Origin: Macrostomum lignano
Taxonomy: Eukaryota
DNA: 64,000 nucleotides
NCBI GenBank assembly: GCA_002269645.1
Contig: NIVC01000829.1
Coordinates: forward strand, 374,256 to 438,255
Reading direction: 5' to 3'
Positions 59,181-64,000 of this stretch are shown here, in pieces. Positions within the stretch are counted from its first letter, which is position 1. Every line of letters begins with the position of its first letter. The notes under the pieces were generated by a model. That model did no database searches and had not been told where the DNA came from. It saw only the letters and a program-made list of their open reading frames with translations. The position numbers and the translations under genes were made by a program.

Positions 59181-60019
59181 GGTGATTTGGGGCGACTTCC
59201 TCCCTCCCGAAAAAAGTGTGTATTTCAAAATTTTACCTACACTTACCTCGCGATAAATCCATACTACAATACTCTAATGTTATTTTAATGCAGTTTAAAA
59301 AAAGTTCCCAGTTTCACAGTTGTCAGTTGCTCGATGTTTTCAATGTTCCAACCCTTACTTCTGTGTATTGCTCGTAGTTGGAGACGCTAAAAGCATTGAA
59401 AACATCCTACTCGTCATACATTAAGGCTTCATCCTATATAATTTGGTTCATTCTTTTTAATTTTGAAAAGCTTGCTTATAAAGTAATGCTACTATAAGTA
59501 GTGTGCTGATTTATTTTAGCGATTTTGTTGAACAGCATCCCTTCTATTTGAAGTTTGGAGCATGTATAATAGTTCCGATCTTATGAAAGTTCCGATCTGG
59601 TGAAAGTTCTGCTCTTGTGTAAGTTTTTATCCGAAGTAATCTTGTAAAAGCCCATCCCTTGTCATAGTGATTACAATTCGTAAATTCGCGTCGCTAAACG
59701 CTATAACCCAACTGCAATTTATTCAGCAATAAAAAATTCACTTTGGTAAGCAATGAACACTGGTTGGTCCATTTTGAAATCCCATTGACAATTTTTCTGC
59801 TTTTATTGTCGTGTGAAAGTGAACAATTTTATTAACAATTCAAACATTTTTGAGTATTGCGGCACACTGAAAATCTAAATTTAGGGTCTGGAATCTAGCG
59901 ATTTCCTATAAACTTGAAAATTTGAAAATTTGGGTTGTTGGAGTTTAAGCAGGAGTTGGCAAACTTTTTGTTTGCCTCTTTTACAGACCAGACAAATAAT
60001 CTAACTTATGGCTGCGAGA

Positions 60020-60940
60020 CAGGGGAGAGGGGAAAGGAGAGGGGATAGAGATAAGAGAAGAGAGAGGAAAGTATAGGCGTGGGAGAAGATGAGATAAGAG
60101 ATTTGTGAGATAAGAGGGGAAATGAGATGAGAGATTGGTTAGATGGGAGAAAATATTAGGGAAGACAGAAGAGATGATAAGAGGCCAAGAAAAAAATCAA
60201 AGAGGGTGAGAGGAGGGAAGAGAAAATAGGGAACAGAGAAGAGGAGAGAGAGAAAAGGGTAGAGAGAAGATGTGAGACAGGAGAGAAGAGGGTAGAGAGA
60301 AGATGTGAGACAGGAGAGAAGAGGGTAGAGAGAAGATGTGAGACAGGAGAGAAGAGGGTAGAGAGAAGATGTGAGACAGGAGAGAAAAGGGGAGAGAGAT
60401 GTGAGACAAGACAGAAGAGGGTAGAGAGAAGATGTGAGACAGGAGAGAAAAGGGTAGAGAGAAGATGTGAGACAGGCGAGAAGAGGGTAGAGAGAAGAGG
60501 GTAGAGAGAAGATGTGAGACAGGAGAGAAAAGGGGAAAGAGATGTGAGACAGGAGAGAAGAGGGTAGAGAGAAGATGTGAGACAGGAGAGAAGAGGGTAG
60601 AGAGAAGATGTGAGACAGGAGAGAAAAGGGTAGAGAGAAGATGTGAGACAGGAGAGAAGAGGGTAGAGAGAAGAGGGTAGAGAGAAGATGTGAGACAAGA
60701 GAGAAGAGGGTAGAGAGAAGATGTGAGACAGGAGAGAAAAGAGTAGAGAGAAGAGGGTAGAGAGAGAGGGTAGAGAGAAGAGGGTAGAGAGAAGATGTGA
60801 GACAGGAGAGAAAAGAGTAGAGAGAAGAGGGTAGAGAGAGAGGGTAGAGAGAAGAGGGTAGAGAGAAGATGTGAGACAGGAGAGAAAAGGGGAGAGAGAT
60901 GTGAGACAAGACAGAAGAGATCTGAGAAGAGACTGTGAAG
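60020..60940. repeat. Polypurine (GA-rich) ~33-bp tandem repeat
   Basis: Unit approximately GAGAGAAGAGGGTAGAGAGAAGATGTGAGACAG. Confidence 0.9.
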
Positions 60941-61032
60941 TTCCAAAGAATCCGAAGGCTGAACAGATAGGAGGGCCGGAGTAGAGCCGGAGTCTGCCGA
61001 CCCCTGATACATACTCTGAGTAATAAAGCATT

Positions 61033-62142
61033 TCATAGTGTCTCAATCAGCTGCGTGTACAGCAGTGCAGAAGTTGCTGTTTGCTGATGATCAACCAACT
61101 CTTCCTCATCTGCAGCCTCTTTCCTTTCGTCATCTGAGTCCTCACAATTGTCCTGCACCTCTTGCGCTCCATCAGTGTCGCTCAGCGTGGCTGCAGTTCT
61201 CAGGCTCTGCTGACGCGACAGAGTTTCGCAATGGCGCAGATCGATTGAATATTCGTCCGTTTCATTCACTTGGATCACCTGGCGCCCGTTGATGGTGCAC
61301 GAGGATATTAATGAGGCGGACATCTCCTGGGGCAGGTCTGACACTGCGGTTGCTTCAGCGGGAGTTCCTGGCTGCTGCTCCGAAGCGGACGTGGCTTCCG
61401 CATCGAGGAGAGATTCGGGCTCGCACAGGCTGGGCGTCGCCAGGGGAGGTGGCGGCGGTGGCGGAGGTGGAGGCTGCGGTTGAGCTGATGGGGATGAAGG
61501 AGGAGCCGCCGCAGCAGCCGCCGCAGCAGCCGCTTGCTGTTGCTGCTGCTGCTGCAGAAGCGCGCTTTCCTGCGCTACTCGTTTCGACGAAGTCTGTCGT
61601 TCATTGATTTTTCGATAGCGTTTCGTCCGCCGCGACAGGAGCACCAGGGTGAGCACGAGTAGCAGGGCGCACAGAGCGCCGACACAGCTGCCGATGCTGG
61701 CGGGAATGTGCGCCTGCTTGGTGCTCGCGTCCACGCAGTGCATGGCCTCCACTGGGCGCGTCTGATGGCGACTGGAGCTGGTTGTGTTGGACTGAGCAGC
61801 TGCACCTGCCGCTGCTGGCCTGAACTGCAGACAGACTCGGTAGGCTGTGTCAGGCTGCAGGTCCTCAACTGAGTAGGTCTCCGCTGCGGGACTCAGTCGG
61901 ACTCGATGAGCCGGCCTCAGCGACAGTGCACCGGCTGCAGACGAGGAAGATGACGGCTCGGATTTGTCGTCGGTTGAAACGTCGGATGGCACCAGAAGGA
62001 GGTGGCTGGAGGCTACGGGGCGGCCCAGCTCCAGTCGGCCTGCAGGCTGCTGCTGCTCAGTCGGTGAACTCGGAACCAGACCAGCGGCGGGGCGGCTCTG
62101 GCGAAGGTCGCTGCTGGATAACTGGCCCATCACGGCGTCTGA
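61033..62142 (-). CDS. Last coding exon of a single-pass membrane protein with an FN3 domain (LRR-Ig-FN3 family-like); upstream exons lie beyond the window
   Basis: ETYSVEDLQPDTAYRVCL..HCVDAST (FN3 C-terminal strands), TM IPASIGSCVGALCALLLVLTLVLL, basic stop-transfer SRRTKRYRK and a Q/A/P-rich tail. Acceptor CCCCCTGTTCTTCCAG|TCA (AG at 62144-62143) is in phase 0. Confidence 0.78.
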   Translation of the reverse strand, partial: SDAVMGQLSSSDLRQSRPAAGLVPSSPTEQQQPAGRLELGRPVASSHLLLVPSDVSTDDKSEPSSSSSAAGALSLRPAHRVRLSPAAETYSVEDLQPDTAYRVCLQFRPAAAGAAAQSNTTSSSRHQTRPVEAMHCVDASTKQAHIPASIGSCVGALCALLLVLTLVLLSRRTKRYRKINERQTSSKRVAQESALLQQQQQQQAAAAAAAAAAPPSSPSAQPQPPPPPPPPPPLATPSLCEPESLLDAEATSASEQQPGTPAEATAVSDLPQEMSASLISSCTINGRQVIQVNETDEYSIDLRHCETLSRQQSLRTAATLSDTDGAQEVQDNCEDSDDERKEAADEEELVDHQQTATSALLYTQLIETL

Positions 62143-62159
62143 CTGGAAGAACAGGGGGT

Positions 62160-62279
62160 GGTTAGTTAGTCAGTTAGTTAGTTCGTTAGTTAGTTAGTCA
62201 GTTAGTTAGTTAGTTAGTTAGTCAGTTAGTCAGTTAGTTAGTTAGTTGGTTAGTTGGTTAGTTAGTTAGTCAGTTAGTC

Positions 62280-62310
<31 letters not shown>

Positions 62311-62359
62311 CAGTTAGTCAGTTAGTTAGTTAGTTAGTTAGTCAGTTAGTTAGTTAGTC

Positions 62360-62398
<39 letters not shown>

Positions 62399-62451
62399 CA
62401 GTTAGTTAGTTAGTTAGTTATTCAGTTAGTCAGTTAGTTAGTTAGTTAGTC

Positions 62452-62490
<39 letters not shown>

Positions 62491-62491
62491 C

Positions 62492-62545
<54 letters not shown>

Positions 62546-62546
62546 C

Positions 62547-62597
<51 letters not shown>

Positions 62598-62603
62598 CTA
62601 GTT

Positions 62604-62648
<45 letters not shown>

Positions 62649-62649
62649 C

Positions 62650-62693
<44 letters not shown>

Positions 62694-62706
62694 CAGTCAG
62701 TTAGTC

Positions 62707-62775
<69 letters not shown>

Positions 62776-62786
62776 TTCAGTTAGTC

Positions 62787-62837
<51 letters not shown>

Positions 62838-62862
62838 CAGTTAGTTAGTTAGTTAGTTATTC

Positions 62863-62928
<66 letters not shown>

Positions 62929-62929
62929 C

Positions 62930-62984
<55 letters not shown>

Positions 62985-63014
62985 CTAGTTAGTTAGTTAG
63001 TTAGTTAGTTAGTC

Positions 63015-63045
<31 letters not shown>

Positions 63046-63054
63046 CAGTTAGTC

Positions 63055-63129
<75 letters not shown>

Positions 63130-63142
63130 CAGTCAGTTAGTC

Positions 63143-63205
<63 letters not shown>

Positions 63206-63253
63206 CAGTTAGTTAGTTAGTTAGTTATTCAGTTAGTTAGTTAGTTAGTTAGC

Positions 63254-63296
<43 letters not shown>

Positions 63297-63342
63297 CTAG
63301 TTAGTTAGTTAGTTAGTCAGTTAGTTAGTTAGTCAGTTAGTC

Positions 63343-63381
<39 letters not shown>

Positions 63382-63438
63382 CAGTTAGTCAGTTAGTTAG
63401 TTAGTTAGTCAGTTAGTCAGTTAGTTAGTTAGTTAGTC

Positions 63439-63473
<35 letters not shown>

Positions 63474-63494
63474 CAGTTAGTTAGTTAGTTAGTC

Positions 63495-63529
<35 letters not shown>

Positions 63530-63550
63530 CAGTTAGTTAGTTAGTTAGTC

Positions 63551-63581
<31 letters not shown>

Positions 63582-63750
63582 CAGTTAGTCAGTTAGTTAG
63601 TTAGTTAGTCAGTTAGTCAGTTAGTTAGTTAGTTAGTTAGTTAGTCAGTTAGTCAGTTAGTTACTTAGTTAGTCAGTTAGTCAGTTAGTCAGTTAGTTAG
63701 TTAGTTAGTCAGTTAGTTAGTTAGTCAGTTAGTTAGTTAGTCAGTTAGTC

Positions 63751-63789
<39 letters not shown>

Positions 63790-63874
63790 CAGTTAGTCAG
63801 TTAGTTAGTTAGTTAGTCAGTTAGTCAGTTAGTTAGTTAGTTAGTCAGTTAGTCAGTTAGTTAGTTAGTTAGTC

Positions 63875-63909
<35 letters not shown>

Positions 63910-63930
63910 CAGTTAGTTAGTTAGTTAGTC

Positions 63931-63965
<35 letters not shown>

Positions 63966-64000
63966 CAGTTAGTTAGTTAGTTAGTCAGTTAGTTAGTTAA
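62160..64000. repeat. (GTTA)n/(GTCA) microsatellite, >1.8 kb, intronic
   Basis: Direct inspection; runs to the end of the window. Confidence 0.97.

Noticed and set aside
55668-59228. Multiple repeat ORFs (MSDTYFS, KITGGLKG, SLSGRP)
   Set aside because: Intronic or downstream satellites of the PANK gene.
60139-61046. S/L/P-rich minus-strand ORFs of 256-296 aa
   Set aside because: Translations of the polypurine repeat downstream of the FN3 gene stop codon.
62160-64000. Telomeric repeat
   Set aside because: The unit is TTAG/TCAG rather than TTAGGG or TTAGG, and it lies inside an intron of a gene that continues beyond the window.

Overview
Animal (metazoan) genomic DNA, not prokaryotic: GT-AG introns, minisatellite-filled introns and many transposon relics. 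The repeat style and RTE/Penelope families resemble a free-living flatworm such as Macrostomum, but that is inference only. Seven protein genes can be assembled by hand with phase-consistent splice sites: an astacin metalloprotease (+, 5' end probably outside the window), a FAM219-like gene (+, 5 exons), an SLC44/CTL choline transporter-like gene (+, 2 exons), an intronless APAF1-like CARD-NB-ARC-WD40 gene (-), a C19orf47-like SAM-like gene (+, 4 exons), a divergent type II pantothenate kinase (+, 3 exons) and the last exon of an FN3-TM receptor (-). Mobile DNA includes a truncated Ngaro/DIRS-type retroelement, an RTE-like LINE relic split by a MITE, a hAT element (8-bp TSD) with a nested piggyBac relic, several MITEs, and Penelope-like elements carrying minimal hammerhead ribozymes. 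The best leads are: an intact hammerhead inside the Penelope RT, an in-phase A-AAA-AAC -1 frameshift site at the Ngaro gag/pol junction, a possible pseudo-pantothenate kinase, the intronless APAF1, and several satellites built from splice-signal motifs. No CRISPR array or prokaryotic defence system is present. All alignments and identities were judged by eye; no searches were run.
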